A stretch of 64,000 nucleotides of DNA from an uncultured Anaerolineae bacterium (GTDB taxonomy: Bacteria; Chloroflexota; Anaerolineae; JAFGEY01). The notes beneath the pieces were generated by a model. The model did not search any database. It was given only the letters and a program-made list of their open reading frames with translations, and had not been told where the DNA came from. The stretch is from assembly GCA_964481205.1 (NCBI GenBank), contig CAYZYE010000002.1, positions 3,532-67,531 of the forward strand, given 5' to 3'. A program made the translations under genes and the position numbers. This document shows, in pieces, positions 16,646 through 27,295 of the stretch (position 1 is its first letter; every line of letters begins with the position of its first letter).

Positions 16646-17779
16646 CTATTGTCCGGGCAAAAACGAAATTGGATTGCGCAAAACGCCCTTGTACCTTATC
16701 TCGAAATGCAAATGCGGCCCGGTCGAACGACCGGTGCTGCCGCGCGCGCCGATCAGCTGCCCGCGCTCGACCGACTCACCGGCATTGACATAAAACCCGT
16801 ACAAATGCGCGTAATATGTCACAAACCCATTTCCATGATCGATGACCACCAGATTGCCGTAACCATTGCTGTCCCAGGCGGCGTACATGACCACCCCGGC
16901 GTCCGAGGCAACGACGCCTTCGCCGTGCGCGCCGGCAATGTCGATCGCCCGATGAAGCTCCCAGTATCCCTGCGAAATATACCCGCCGGTCGGCCAAACC
17001 CAGTTGCCCGTCCCATGCTGGGCATCGGCAGGCGCCGAACCGCCAAAAGAATGGTGCAAACGCGGCTCGAACGTCTTGACGCCGCCGGGCACGATCAGCT
17101 TTTGCCCCGGCTCAACCAGCGGAGCGTCCGAGTCCAGACCATTGTACTCGCAATCGACGATCGCCGACGCCGGAACCTGATAGCGGGAGGCAATGTCGGC
17201 CAACGTTTCGCCGTCCGCAACCGTGTGATAAACGCCATCCACGGGCAAGATGGTCAATTCCTGCCCCGTATAGATCAAATCAGGTGCCTCTTCCAGCTCG
17301 TGATTGGCCCACAGCAGCGTGTTCGGTTTCAACCCAAAACGCCCGGCAATGGTCAAAAGATTGTCGCCGGCGGCCACGGTATAGGTGATCACCCCTTTGC
17401 GCGCGCGTTCCGGGATGATCGTCTGCGGCACCGCCGCAAGGAACAACCGCTGAACCAGGGTCACGCGGACAGGGGCAGCCGGAAGCGGTCGCTCGGCCTG
17501 CGTGCGCAGTTCTACCTTGCGTCCCAAACCATGCACATCCAGCGACGGCGTGCTAGTAGCCTGCTGTGTCGGCGCCCCGGTCGGATAAGCGACGTCAACG
17601 GGCGGCAAAAGCCGGGTCAGGTCAAGCCTGGGCCACATCACGGCGCACGCGATCAATAAAAGCAGGCCAATATGAAAAAATCCACGCGCCAGCAAAGGAT
17701 AAAAGGCAGACCTCATCCCCCGCAAGCGCGTGTTGAGCCAATCGAGACCGGCATAAAATGGCGGTTTACGCTCCACCAT
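16646..17779 (-). CDS. LysM-domain M23 family metallopeptidase
   Basis: Two LysM-like segments plus an M23 motif (HRAIDIAG...GYGNLVVIDHGNGFVTYYAHL...GSTGRSTGPHLHFEI). Confidence 0.85.
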   Translation of the reverse strand: MVERKPPFYAGLDWLNTRLRGMRSAFYPLLARGFFHIGLLLLIACAVMWPRLDLTRLLPPVDVAYPTGAPTQQATSTPSLDVHGLGRKVELRTQAERPLPAAPVRVTLVQRLFLAAVPQTIIPERARKGVITYTVAAGDNLLTIAGRFGLKPNTLLWANHELEEAPDLIYTGQELTILPVDGVYHTVADGETLADIASRYQVPASAIVDCEYNGLDSDAPLVEPGQKLIVPGGVKTFEPRLHHSFGGSAPADAQHGTGNWVWPTGGYISQGYWELHRAIDIAGAHGEGVVASDAGVVMYAAWDSNGYGNLVVIDHGNGFVTYYAHLYGFYVNAGESVERGQLIGARGSTGRSTGPHLHFEIRYKGVLRNPISFLPGQ

Positions 17780-17798
17780 AACTTTGGGTTTCCTTGGG

Positions 17799-19082
17799 TT
17801 AGACCGCCCCCTTGTTCAACATTGCCAAAAATTCGGCATTGTTTTCGGTGCTTGATATCCGATCGATCAAAACAGAGGTCGCATCGGCCATATCATACCC
17901 GGCGCCCTTTGGAGGCGATGTCATCAATTGAGCCAACATCCGTCTCATTAACCATACCCTAGATAGGGTACTTTTGTCAAGTAGCAATTCTTCACGCCGG
18001 GTGCTGGAACGGTCAATATCAAAAGCAGGATAAATCCGGCGCTCGGCCAGGCGCCGATTCAGATGCAACTCCATGTTGCCCGTACCCTTGAACTCTTCAT
18101 AGATCAGATCGTCCATGCGGCTGCCGGTATCGACCAGACAAGTCGCCACGATCGTCAGACTGCCGCCCTCCTCGATGTTCCTCGCCGCGCCGAAAAAATG
18201 CTTGGGCGGATAAAGCGCCGCCGGGTCCATACCGCCGGACAGGGTGCGCCCGCTGGGCGGGACAATCATATTATAAGAGCGCGTCAGGCGGGTGATCGAA
18301 TCCAACAAAATCACGACATCGCGCCCATCCTCGACCAACCGCTTGGCGCGATTCAAAGCCATTTCGGCGACGCGCACATGATCGCGCTCCGGCTCGTCAA
18401 AAGTCGAGGCCACAACCTCGGCGTCGACAGAGCGATCCATATCGGTGACTTCTTCGGGGCGTTCGCCGATCAGGCAGACCATCAAATGCACGTCATTATA
18501 ATTGGCCGTAATGCCATTGGCAATCTGTTTCAAGATCATCGTCTTGCCGGCTTTGGGCGGCGACACGATCAGCCCTCGCTGACCGCGGCCAATCGGCGAC
18601 ACCAAATTGATCATCCTCGGCGCGATCGGGTGTTTTCCCGTCTCCAAATCAAACCGCTCGTCGGGAAAAATGGGGGTCAACCGCTCGAAACGTGGACGTC
18701 GCTTGGCCTCTTCGGGGTCCAGGCCGTTCACCGCGTCGATGCGCAACAGGCCAAAATACTTTTCCGTGTCTTTGGGCGGGCGCACCTGACCGATGACCAT
18801 ATCGCCGGTGCGCAGACCAAAGCGCCGAATCTGGGACTGCGAGACGTAAATATCTTCCGAAGAGGGCAAAAAACCTCTGGGGCGCAAAAAACCCAGGCCT
18901 TCATCCACAACATCCAGGATACCGCCGCCAAAATTGTATCCCTGCTGTTCGGCCTGGGTGCGCAGCAAGCGCATAATCAAATCATATTTTTTGAGCCGGC
19001 TAAAGCCCGAAGTGCCCATCTCGCGGGCCAGATCGCGCAAATCTTGTAATGTTTTTAAATCCAATTCACCAAAGGATAACAT
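17799..19082 (-). CDS. rho: Transcription termination factor Rho
   Basis: Full-length match to Rho architecture with a Walker A motif ([11 protein letters not shown]). GGAG RBS. Confidence 0.95.
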   Translation of the reverse strand: MLSFGELDLKTLQDLRDLAREMGTSGFSRLKKYDLIMRLLRTQAEQQGYNFGGGILDVVDEGLGFLRPRGFLPSSEDIYVSQSQIRRFGLRTGDMVIGQVRPPKDTEKYFGLLRIDAVNGLDPEEAKRRPRFERLTPIFPDERFDLETGKHPIAPRMINLVSPIGRGQRGLIVSPPKAGKTMILKQIANGITANYNDVHLMVCLIGERPEEVTDMDRSVDAEVVASTFDEPERDHVRVAEMALNRAKRLVEDGRDVVILLDSITRLTRSYNMIVPPSGRTLSGGMDPAALYPPKHFFGAARNIEEGGSLTIVATCLVDTGSRMDDLIYEEFKGTGNMELHLNRRLAERRIYPAFDIDRSSTRREELLLDKSTLSRVWLMRRMLAQLMTSPPKGAGYDMADATSVLIDRISSTENNAEFLAMLNKGAV

Positions 19083-20265
19083 AAAACAACTCCATACTAA
19101 TTGGCGGTCACGGTCATTGCGAACCCGCCGTACCGCGCCATAACTTCAAAAAAACAGGAACGCCAAAACGTGATCGGGCGCACCGCGCCCAACAAAGTCT
19201 CAATGGGGATAACTTGGCTGTGGCTAACGAGTTTTTTCTTGGAGCAAATTTCAACTTTTGGCTCTCTAATCCCTGACTTGGGTCAACAACCCGGCCCAAG
19301 ACAATGAAAACCATGATTGTTTGAAACGTCAGGAAGGCTCTGTTGGTTCCGGTTTAGTTGGGTCAGGCTTTGAGAACCAAAACGGGGCTGAGTCAAAGGG
19401 GCTTGCCTGGATCAAGATTCGCAGATTCTGCCATTCAAGAAAACCGCCTGGAAAAAAGTAGGATGTCGCAGAATGCTGCAATTTGCAAGAACGCAAACAG
19501 GTATCGTATAATGCCTGTATTATATCATCTTTTCCAAGACACGTCAAATGTCTATTATTTTTCTCAAAATAACACCAATTTCATCTCCCGCGCCAGAACC
19601 CACCGGCGAAATCAGGTTTACTTAACTTGCCTTAAATTTTGACCGGGTTTGCAACGCGCTGCAAACCGCTTCTCGCTCGTAGCTGTAGGTTATATTGGTA
19701 AAAAAAATCGAACATGTGGTACTAGAAACATCAAGGCAACACCGAGCGGGTGAAAACAACTTGCCAACTCGAAACGATTTTGCTACAATACACACGTTCA
19801 TCTCCTGAGCGTCTAGCCACCTGACCTGGACAAACCAGCCGGGCACATGCCCTAACTCTCAAATGTCCCTGTGCGCAGCGACATCTGCTGCATCAAGGCC
19901 TGAGAATTTGGGCGCTGTTTTATTTCTTGCATTACATCTGACAACCTTGTTTCGACGGCTCAACCTCATCGCTTTGGGCTAGGTGGCGAACGAGAATTCA
20001 GTGTATTGCCTCTTGTGCCGTTCTGGTGTAACCTCTCAATACAAGCTCATTTGGCCTGTGTACCTAACCCGTGAGATTTGTCTTTTGCGATAATTTTTCG
20101 CCCGACTTGACCGGGGCAGGTTCGCAATGAACATTCAACCACAGCAATGCGCCACACGACCACCGCAAGATCGGCGGGGCAGCGATGATTTTGCCCTGTT
20201 CGTCTGGCCTGCATCGAGTCTTTTATATCCAGGGGAGGAAAAGACAACCTTGTACCGGGAGCAAA
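19083..20265. promoter_or_regulatory. Candidate oriC / dnaA upstream region
   Basis: 1.2 kb with no coding potential between rho and dnaA. DnaA-box-like 9-mers TGGGGATAA and TGTGGCTAA lie at 19203-19225. An AT-rich stretch at 19500-19620 is a possible DUE. Promoter-like TTGCAA-18-TATAAT (19482-19511) and TTGCCA-17-TACAAT (19761-19789). Confidence 0.4.
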
Positions 20266-21657
20266 ATGATGGAAAACGCAAATAAGGTCTGGCAAGCAGC
20301 ATTGGGCGAGTTGGAACTGCAAATGACCAGGGCGACATTCAATACCTGGCTGAAACCGACCAAGGTTGTTGCCTATGACCAGGACAATCTCGTACTGGGG
20401 GTCCCCAACGGATACATCAAAGATTGGTTGGAAAATCGTTTGTATACCCCGATCCAGCGCACCGTGTCTGGCATTCTCGCCAAGCCCATCGACGTCCAAT
20501 TCATCGTCTGGCCTGACGAACAAGGGATCGAGCAGACAGATGATTTGCCGCTGCTGAACAACGAAAACACCACCCACACCGACTTGATGCAACCCGGCCC
20601 GGCCAACGGCAATGGGCATAAAACCAACGGCAACGGACACGCCTCACTCAACCCCAAATACACGTTCGACACCTTTGTCGTCGGCTCCAGCAACAGGCTT
20701 CCCCACGCCGCCGCGCTGGCCGTCGCCAACTCGCCGGCACAGGCCTACAACCCGCTCTTTTTGTACGGCGGCGTTGGCCTGGGAAAAACACACCTCTTGC
20801 ACGCCATCGGCCACAGCTGCCAGGCGCGCAACCTCAAAGTGCTGTACATCTCTTCGGAGCAATTTACCAACGACCTGATCACGGCGATCCGCACTCAGGA
20901 TACAGAAGCGTTCAGGAACAAATATCGCAACCCCGATGTCTTGCTCATCGACGATATTCAATTCATCGCCGGCAAAGAGAGCACGCAAGAAGAGTTTTTT
21001 CACACTTTTAACACGTTACACGCCGCAAACAAACAAATTGTATTGACCAGCGACCGCCCGCCCAAGGCCATCACCACCCTCGAAGAACGTTTGCGCTCGC
21101 GTTTTGAATGGGGACTCGCCGCCGATATTCAACCGCCAGATTTGGAAACCCGGATCGCGATTTTGCAGTTCAAAACCAGAGATCAGGGCTATGCGGTGTC
21201 GGAACAGATCATCAACCTCATCGCACAACAGGTCGTCAGCAACATCCGCGAGTTGGAAGGCGCACTCAACAAGATCGTCGCCTATGCGGACTTGATGCAG
21301 GTCACGCCAAGCGCAGAAACGCTCGAAATCGCGCTGCGCGACCTGGTTGCAGCGCCCAAAACGCTCACCACCTCTTTGGTGCTCAGCGCCGTAGCCAAAT
21401 TTTACCAGGTCAGCGAAGACGCGATCCGTGGACGAAAGCGCAACAAGGACATTGTCCGCCCCAGGCAAGTGGCAATGTACTTGATGCGCAAAGAAACCAA
21501 CTCGTCGCTGCCGGACATCGGCGCGGCGCTGGGAGGACGCGACCACACTACCGTGCTCTATGGAGTTGAAAAAATCAACGGCTTGCTCGAACAAGACAAC
21601 ACACTCAGAAGGCAAGTCATGACCATCCAGGACGTACTTTATCACAAAGCCAATTAG
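20266..21657 (+). CDS. dnaA: Chromosomal replication initiator DnaA
   Basis: Canonical DnaA N-terminus, AAA+ domain (GGVGLGKTHLLHAIG) and C-terminal DNA-binding domain. Confidence 0.95.
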   Translation: MMENANKVWQAALGELELQMTRATFNTWLKPTKVVAYDQDNLVLGVPNGYIKDWLENRLYTPIQRTVSGILAKPIDVQFIVWPDEQGIEQTDDLPLLNNENTTHTDLMQPGPANGNGHKTNGNGHASLNPKYTFDTFVVGSSNRLPHAAALAVANSPAQAYNPLFLYGGVGLGKTHLLHAIGHSCQARNLKVLYISSEQFTNDLITAIRTQDTEAFRNKYRNPDVLLIDDIQFIAGKESTQEEFFHTFNTLHAANKQIVLTSDRPPKAITTLEERLRSRFEWGLAADIQPPDLETRIAILQFKTRDQGYAVSEQIINLIAQQVVSNIRELEGALNKIVAYADLMQVTPSAETLEIALRDLVAAPKTLTTSLVLSAVAKFYQVSEDAIRGRKRNKDIVRPRQVAMYLMRKETNSSLPDIGAALGGRDHTTVLYGVEKINGLLEQDNTLRRQVMTIQDVLYHKAN

Positions 21658-22364
21658 GCGTTTCCAGAAAAATAACTACCCTGCGTTGCTCTCGCCAGAT
21701 TTGGCAATCCAAGCCGCGCATTCTGGAATAATTTCAAGAGTTATGCGGTTTGTGTTTGAGCCTTTCTAGAACGAAACTTGGGTAATCTGTCATTCTGAGC
21801 CAGCCGTCGCAGGCGGCGCAGTGAAGAATCTTGTGGCTTGAATTTGACATACAAAAAGAGATTCCCTTCGACTGCGCTCAGGGCAGACTTTGTCGCTCCG
21901 CTCCTCACAATGACGGTCCCAGAAAAGTCTTGCTCTAGTACCAGAAAGTCCCAACCATCGAGTTATTGGATAGAACGAGTTGTTTTTTGATATATTTCAG
22001 GCGCAAAACGCCCTCTATGACTCGAACCGCGTAACTCCGGCCAAGATTATCACGCTTGCAATGTGACTTTCTGGCTTGGCGTTTCTATTTGATGCAAGGA
22101 TACCATAGGCATACTGGATACACACCCAACGTGGTTCGGATTAAGGCTGCTCTAGCCGCGTAATCCAAACCGGGCACCCCGCGAAATCCTCCCAGGAGAC
22201 CGCTGAAAAACCCAAGATTAACCAATGACGCAGAGATCATCTTGTATTTGCAAATATCAACAATACTACTCGATGTTTTGTTTCTTTGCGTTCTCTGCGG
22301 TTGGCGGATGCACTGGGAGTTTTTCAGCACACTCTCAGGTCGCTTGACCGGCAAGGACAAGATA

Positions 22365-23159
22365 ATGGTCAACCCACTACCCCATCTCGAAAATTTGGCC
22401 GAGCGATTGGTCGAAGGCACCATCGCCCGCATGCTGGGCGCCCAGGTGCAGCCGCTCGAGGTGGCGCGACGCATTGCGCGAGCCATGGAAGACGGCCAGG
22501 TGATCAACCCCCAGGGCGAGATCGTCGTCCCCAACGAATACCACGTTGCTCTGCACCCCAAAGACCTGTCAGCGATGAACCGATTCCAAGACGCCCTCGA
22601 AACCGAATTGACCCAATACATCTCGAACCTGGCGCGTCAGGCCGGCGCGACAATGGTCGGTCGCCCGCGCGTGACCATCGCCGCGAACCCGGCCACGCCC
22701 TTGAAACATGTGCGCGTGACGGCCCAAGTGGTCAGCGCGCGTCATGGCGCCATCGACGTCACCCACACGCAAGAAATGCCCGCCGTGGCCGCGCTCGCCC
22801 GCGACATCCCTGCTTTTGTCCTTTATGACGGCTATCGACGCATGCCGATCAACGAGGCCATCGTCACCATTGGCCGCAGCCTGGACAACGAGATCATTTT
22901 GGACGACAAACGGGTTTCGCGCCAACACGCGCAACTTCGCCGCCGATACGACCAATACGTACTCTATGACCTCGACTCGACGGGCGGCACCACGGTCAAC
23001 GGCCTGCGCGTGCGAGAGGCCGTTCTACAGCCCGGCGATGTCCTCGCCTTTGCCGGGGTCAAAATCCGGTTCGAGCATACGGCCACGCCATTCGTGCCCA
23101 AAGAAGAACTGGCCTCCGGCGCAACGCGAATCTTGCCTCCCAGAGGAACGCACAAATGA
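22365..23159 (+). CDS. fhaA: FhaA-like protein: DUF3662-type N-terminal domain plus C-terminal FHA
   Basis: Architecture and FHA motif (TIGRSLDNEIILDDKRVSRQHAQL...GTTVNG). The start is ATG 22365 after an AAGGACAAG RBS. Confidence 0.8.
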   Translation: MVNPLPHLENLAERLVEGTIARMLGAQVQPLEVARRIARAMEDGQVINPQGEIVVPNEYHVALHPKDLSAMNRFQDALETELTQYISNLARQAGATMVGRPRVTIAANPATPLKHVRVTAQVVSARHGAIDVTHTQEMPAVAALARDIPAFVLYDGYRRMPINEAIVTIGRSLDNEIILDDKRVSRQHAQLRRRYDQYVLYDLDSTGGTTVNGLRVREAVLQPGDVLAFAGVKIRFEHTATPFVPKEELASGATRILPPRGTHK

Positions 23160-23605
23160 CCGCCAACCTATCCATTTTACTGCTGCGCATCTTGTCCGCA
23201 GGACTCTTGTACGCTTTTTTGACCGGCGCGGTGATCATAATATGGCGCGATTGGCGCGCCGTCGCCCGGCAAATGGAACGCAAAGGCGAAACGGCAACAC
23301 GCTCGCTGGGGCGGCTGATCGTCGTTCGCGCCGGCAAAACACAGCTGATCCAGGGCGAGGCCATCCCCCTGAACGTCATCACCCGCCTGGGACGCGCGCC
23401 GGCCAACACGGTTGCCATTCAAGATGCGTTTGCCTCCTCGGAACACGCCCTGCTTGCTTTGCGCAATGGCCGGTGGTGGCTACAAGACCTGAACAGTCGC
23501 AACGGCACACTGCTCAACGAAGAAAAATTGACCGCCTCGGCCATCGTGTCAACCGGCGACGTGATCGGCATCGGCGAGGTCAGATTGCGAATCGATTTAG
23601 GATGA
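23156..23605 (+). CDS. fhaB: FhaB-like membrane-anchored FHA domain protein
   Basis: One TM helix then an FHA domain (GRAPANTVAIQDAFASSEHALL...SRNGTLLNEEKL). The ATG overlaps the fhaA stop. Confidence 0.75.
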   Translation: MTANLSILLLRILSAGLLYAFLTGAVIIIWRDWRAVARQMERKGETATRSLGRLIVVRAGKTQLIQGEAIPLNVITRLGRAPANTVAIQDAFASSEHALLALRNGRWWLQDLNSRNGTLLNEEKLTASAIVSTGDVIGIGEVRLRIDLG

Positions 23606-23617
23606 AAAAGGAGCAAA

Positions 23618-24499
23618 TTGATGAACCCCATACCCAACGCCATCATTGGCGGCAGCGGACTGTACCAGCTGGAAGGCCTGACCGGCGTCCAGAAGCTCGA
23701 CATTGACACCCCGTTCGGCAAACCCTCCGACACGATCATTGCCGGCCAATTGGATGGGATCGGGGTGGCCTTTTTGCCTCGCCACGGGCGCGGGCACCGC
23801 ATTTCGCCCACCGAACTGCCCGCGCGAGCCAATATCTGGGCACTCAAAAGCCTGGGCGTCCAGCGGATCATTGCCAGCAGCGCGTGCGGCTCGCTCAAAG
23901 AACAAATCGCCCCGCGCCACATCGTCATCCCCGACCAACTCTACGACCGCACGCGCCACCGCCGGCCGCACACCTTTTTCGATGGCGGCATCGTCGCCCA
24001 TATTGGCTTTGCCGAACCGTTTTGCCCCACGCTGCGCCAAATTCTGATCGACGGCGTTCAGGCGGCCGGGGCCATCGTCCACGACGGCGGAACGATGGTG
24101 GTGATCGAAGGCCCCCAATTTTCCACCAAAGCCGAATCCAACATTTACCGCCGCCTGGGCTTTGACACCATCGGCATGACCGCCCTGCCAGAGGCCAAAC
24201 TGGCCCGCGAAGCCGAGATTTGCTACGCCTCGATGAACCTGGTCACAGACTATGACGTGTGGCGCGCCGGACACGACCAAGTCACAGTCGAAATGGTGAT
24301 CGCCAACATGCAGGCCAACCTGGAAACGGCCAAAAACATCATCCGCTATGCCCTGCCCAAAATGAACGCCCTCGACGCCGCACCCGCTTGCGGCTGCCCG
24401 AACGCGCTGGCCGGGGCGATCATTACCCACCCGGCGCACATTCCGGCGCACAAAAAAGAGCAGCTCGGGCTGCTGATCGAAAAATATGTCCACGACTAG
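23618..24499 (+). CDS. mtnP: S-methyl-5'-thioadenosine phosphorylase (purine nucleoside phosphorylase family 2)
   Basis: MTAP-type motifs (IIGGSGLY, LPRHGRGHRISP, VIEGPQFSTKAESN). Confidence 0.85.
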   Translation: MMNPIPNAIIGGSGLYQLEGLTGVQKLDIDTPFGKPSDTIIAGQLDGIGVAFLPRHGRGHRISPTELPARANIWALKSLGVQRIIASSACGSLKEQIAPRHIVIPDQLYDRTRHRRPHTFFDGGIVAHIGFAEPFCPTLRQILIDGVQAAGAIVHDGGTMVVIEGPQFSTKAESNIYRRLGFDTIGMTALPEAKLAREAEICYASMNLVTDYDVWRAGHDQVTVEMVIANMQANLETAKNIIRYALPKMNALDAAPACGCPNALAGAIITHPAHIPAHKKEQLGLLIEKYVHD

Positions 24500-25814
24500 C
24501 GCCATCGAGACGCCGGGCGTCTCCACGCGACAACGTCATATCCGATGGGGCGAGTTGAGCCTGCTCATTTTGGCGCTCTTGTTCATGCTCACCGGCTTTG
24601 TCACCCTGTCCCTGGTCGAACAAAAACAAGTCACGCCGCGCTATATCGCACCGACAGTCGTCTTTGGCACGCTGGCAACCATCGCCTGGGCGACGTTGAA
24701 CTGGCGACTGCCCAACCACGACGCGCTCTTGTTCCCGATCACAATGTTATTGTGCGGCTGGGGGCTGGTCGAAGTCGCGCGCCTGCAAGAAACCTTTTTG
24801 CCCCGGCAGCTGATCTGGGTTTGCGCGGGTGTGACCGTCATGACACTCATCGCTGCGCTGCCTTATCGTTGGTATTGGCTCGACCGCTACCGCTACTTGT
24901 GGCTGTTTGGCGGGCTGGGCTTTTTGGCGCTTACCGTCATCTGGGGCGTCAATCCGCTGGGCGCCGGCGACCGGCTGTGGTTGAGCGTAGGCCGGCTGTT
25001 CTACTTTCAACCCTCCGAATTTCTCAAAATCGCGCTGGTCATCTTTTTAGCCAGCTATCTGGCCGAAAAACGCGAGTTGCTCGTTCTCACCCACATGCGC
25101 GTTGGCCGATGGCGCTTGCCGCCGCTGCCTTACCTCATCCCGCTGCTGCTGATGTGGGGATTCTCACTGCTGCTGTTGGTCTGGCAGCAAGACCTGGGCG
25201 CGGCGATGCTCTTTTTCGGCGCCTTTTTGTCCATGCTGTATGCCGCGACCGAGCGCCAACTGTACGTCGCCATCGGGCTAGGCATGCTCGTCCTGGCCGC
25301 GATTGCCGGATACGCGCTGTTCGATCGCGTGCAGCTGCGCGGCGACATCTGGCTCGACCCCTGGGCCGACCCACGCGGCAACGCCTACCAGATCGTCCAA
25401 TCGCTGCTGGCCTTTGCCAGCGGAGGCGTGCTCGGCGCCGGCGTCGGCCTGGGACACCCCACCCCCTATATCCCGGTCGTCCACACCGACTTTGTCTTTG
25501 CCGCCATCGGCGAAGAATGGGGTTTGCTCGGCGGCGTCGGCGTGATCTTGGCGCTGCTGCTGCTCGTGACGCGCGGTTTGCGGACGGCCATGCGCGCGCC
25601 GACGCCATTCACCGCATTGTTGGCCGTCGGCCTGGCCTCGCTGTTGGGTTGGCAAAGCCTGATCATCCTCGGCGGCACGCTGAAACTAATTCCTCTGACC
25701 GGCATTACCCTGCCTTTTGTCAGCTATGGCGGCAGTTCGATGCTGATCGCTTGCGCGATGGTGGGACTGTTGCTCCGCGTCTCCGGGCATAGCGACACAG
25801 GAGCACAGCGATGA
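24486..25814 (+). CDS. rodA: SEDS family peptidoglycan glycosyltransferase (RodA/FtsW)
   Basis: Ten hydrophobic helices and the SEDS C-terminal block (IPLTGITLPFVSYGGSSM). Overlaps the mtnP end. Confidence 0.85.
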   Translation: MSTTSAIETPGVSTRQRHIRWGELSLLILALLFMLTGFVTLSLVEQKQVTPRYIAPTVVFGTLATIAWATLNWRLPNHDALLFPITMLLCGWGLVEVARLQETFLPRQLIWVCAGVTVMTLIAALPYRWYWLDRYRYLWLFGGLGFLALTVIWGVNPLGAGDRLWLSVGRLFYFQPSEFLKIALVIFLASYLAEKRELLVLTHMRVGRWRLPPLPYLIPLLLMWGFSLLLLVWQQDLGAAMLFFGAFLSMLYAATERQLYVAIGLGMLVLAAIAGYALFDRVQLRGDIWLDPWADPRGNAYQIVQSLLAFASGGVLGAGVGLGHPTPYIPVVHTDFVFAAIGEEWGLLGGVGVILALLLLVTRGLRTAMRAPTPFTALLAVGLASLLGWQSLIILGGTLKLIPLTGITLPFVSYGGSSMLIACAMVGLLLRVSGHSDTGAQR

Positions 25815-27229
25815 ACCGCCGTCCCGTGGGGCTGTCGCGCGCCATCGGCCAACTGAACGCCGTGCTGACGGTTTGTTTTGTCCTGATGACCGTGGGTTTG
25901 GGCTACTGGGGATTGGTCCGCGCGCCGGCATTGATCGAACGCGACGACAACCCGCGCAAGATTGAAGACGAACGCCGCATCCGGCGGGGCGACATCCTCG
26001 ACCGGCGCGGCCGGCCGCTGGTGCGTAGCCAGGCAGGGGCGTTGGGCACCTGGGAACGCATTTACGCGGCCCCCGCCGCTGCGCCGGTGGTCGGCTATTA
26101 CTCGATCAATCACGGCACCGGCGGCATCGAAAGCGCGTATGACACCAGCATTCGCGGCGAACGCGCCCTCGGCCCCATCCAACAACTCGAGGCCAACCTG
26201 CTGCACCTCTATTCTGCCGGCGTCAGCGTGACCCTGACCCTCGATCTGGCGCTTGAGCAAACCGCCGACCACTCTCTCGGCGAATGGCCGGGCGCCATCG
26301 TGCTGCTCGACGTGCGTAGCGGCGACATTTTGGCGATGGTCAGCCACCCCACGTTCGATCCAAACACGCTAGAGGCGGACTGGCCGCAGCTGCAATACGC
26401 GGCCAATAACCCGCTGCTCAACCGCGCCGCGCAGGGATTGTACCCGCCCGGCCTGATCTTTCAGACGATCACCATGGCGGCGATTATGGAAGAAGGATTG
26501 GCCGGACCAACGACAGTTTTCACCGACCGGGCCGGCGTGATCATGACCGTCGATCCGCCCATCGCCTGCCCGGACGACCCGCCCAGGACCCGGTTCACCC
26601 TGTTCGAGGCCTATACCTGGCCGTGCAACGTGTTGTTTGCCCGCCTGGGGCTGGAAATGGGCGGCGAAAAACTGGCCGATTTTGCCACGCGCCTGGGCGT
26701 TGGGCTCCCCGTCGATTTGCCCATCCCGGTCGCGGCCGGTCAAATCCTCGAACGCGGCATCTGGAGTGACTTGCTTGCCGCGCGCACGGCGATGGGCCAA
26801 GGCGAATTGTTGGTCACGCCGCTCGAAATGGCGCTCGTCGTCGCGACGATTGCCAATGACGGCGCGCGTCCCGCGCCGAGGCTCGTCCTCGACGTCGGCG
26901 GGGAGCCGGGCGCGCCCCCCGGAGACCCCCATCCGGCGCTGGATGTCAAGGTCGCCCAACAGCTCCAAACCATTTTGAGGCAAGCGTTTGCCGTGGGCTA
27001 TCCGGGCGCGTCAGCGATCGACATCGCCGGGCGGGGCGGGACAGCAAAAAGCGGCCGCGCCGGAGCGCCGCCGCACGCCTGGTTTATCGGTTTTGCGCCG
27101 AGCCGGCAGCCGCGCTATGCGGTCGCCGTCATCGCCGAGCACGGCGGCGACGGGTGGGCCGTCGCTGCGCCGATCGCGGTCCAAGTGCTGGGTCAGGCCA
27201 TCCAGGAACAGGCAAAAACAACGCCCTGA
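25811..27229 (+). CDS. pbpA: Penicillin-binding protein 2-like transpeptidase (PbpA-type)
   Basis: N-terminal TM anchor and a transpeptidase domain. Class B PBP. ATGA overlap with the rodA stop. Confidence 0.85.
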   Translation: MNRRPVGLSRAIGQLNAVLTVCFVLMTVGLGYWGLVRAPALIERDDNPRKIEDERRIRRGDILDRRGRPLVRSQAGALGTWERIYAAPAAAPVVGYYSINHGTGGIESAYDTSIRGERALGPIQQLEANLLHLYSAGVSVTLTLDLALEQTADHSLGEWPGAIVLLDVRSGDILAMVSHPTFDPNTLEADWPQLQYAANNPLLNRAAQGLYPPGLIFQTITMAAIMEEGLAGPTTVFTDRAGVIMTVDPPIACPDDPPRTRFTLFEAYTWPCNVLFARLGLEMGGEKLADFATRLGVGLPVDLPIPVAAGQILERGIWSDLLAARTAMGQGELLVTPLEMALVVATIANDGARPAPRLVLDVGGEPGAPPGDPHPALDVKVAQQLQTILRQAFAVGYPGASAIDIAGRGGTAKSGRAGAPPHAWFIGFAPSRQPRYAVAVIAEHGGDGWAVAAPIAVQVLGQAIQEQAKTTP

Positions 27230-27295
27230 TCCTGGATGCTCCAGGGGGATTGGCAAATTCTCCTCTTGGGTTGACGCTTGATCAATCGCGCCAAA

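Noticed and set aside
16649-17659. 336-aa plus-strand ORF antisense to the M23 peptidase gene, and 18063..19049 antisense to rho
   Set aside because: They overlap strongly supported genes, and their composition is GC-skew driven.
22085-22621. 178-aa minus-strand ORF overlapping the fhaA start region
   Set aside because: It is antisense to fhaA and extends into the non-coding region. No RBS and an unusual Trp/Ser-rich composition.
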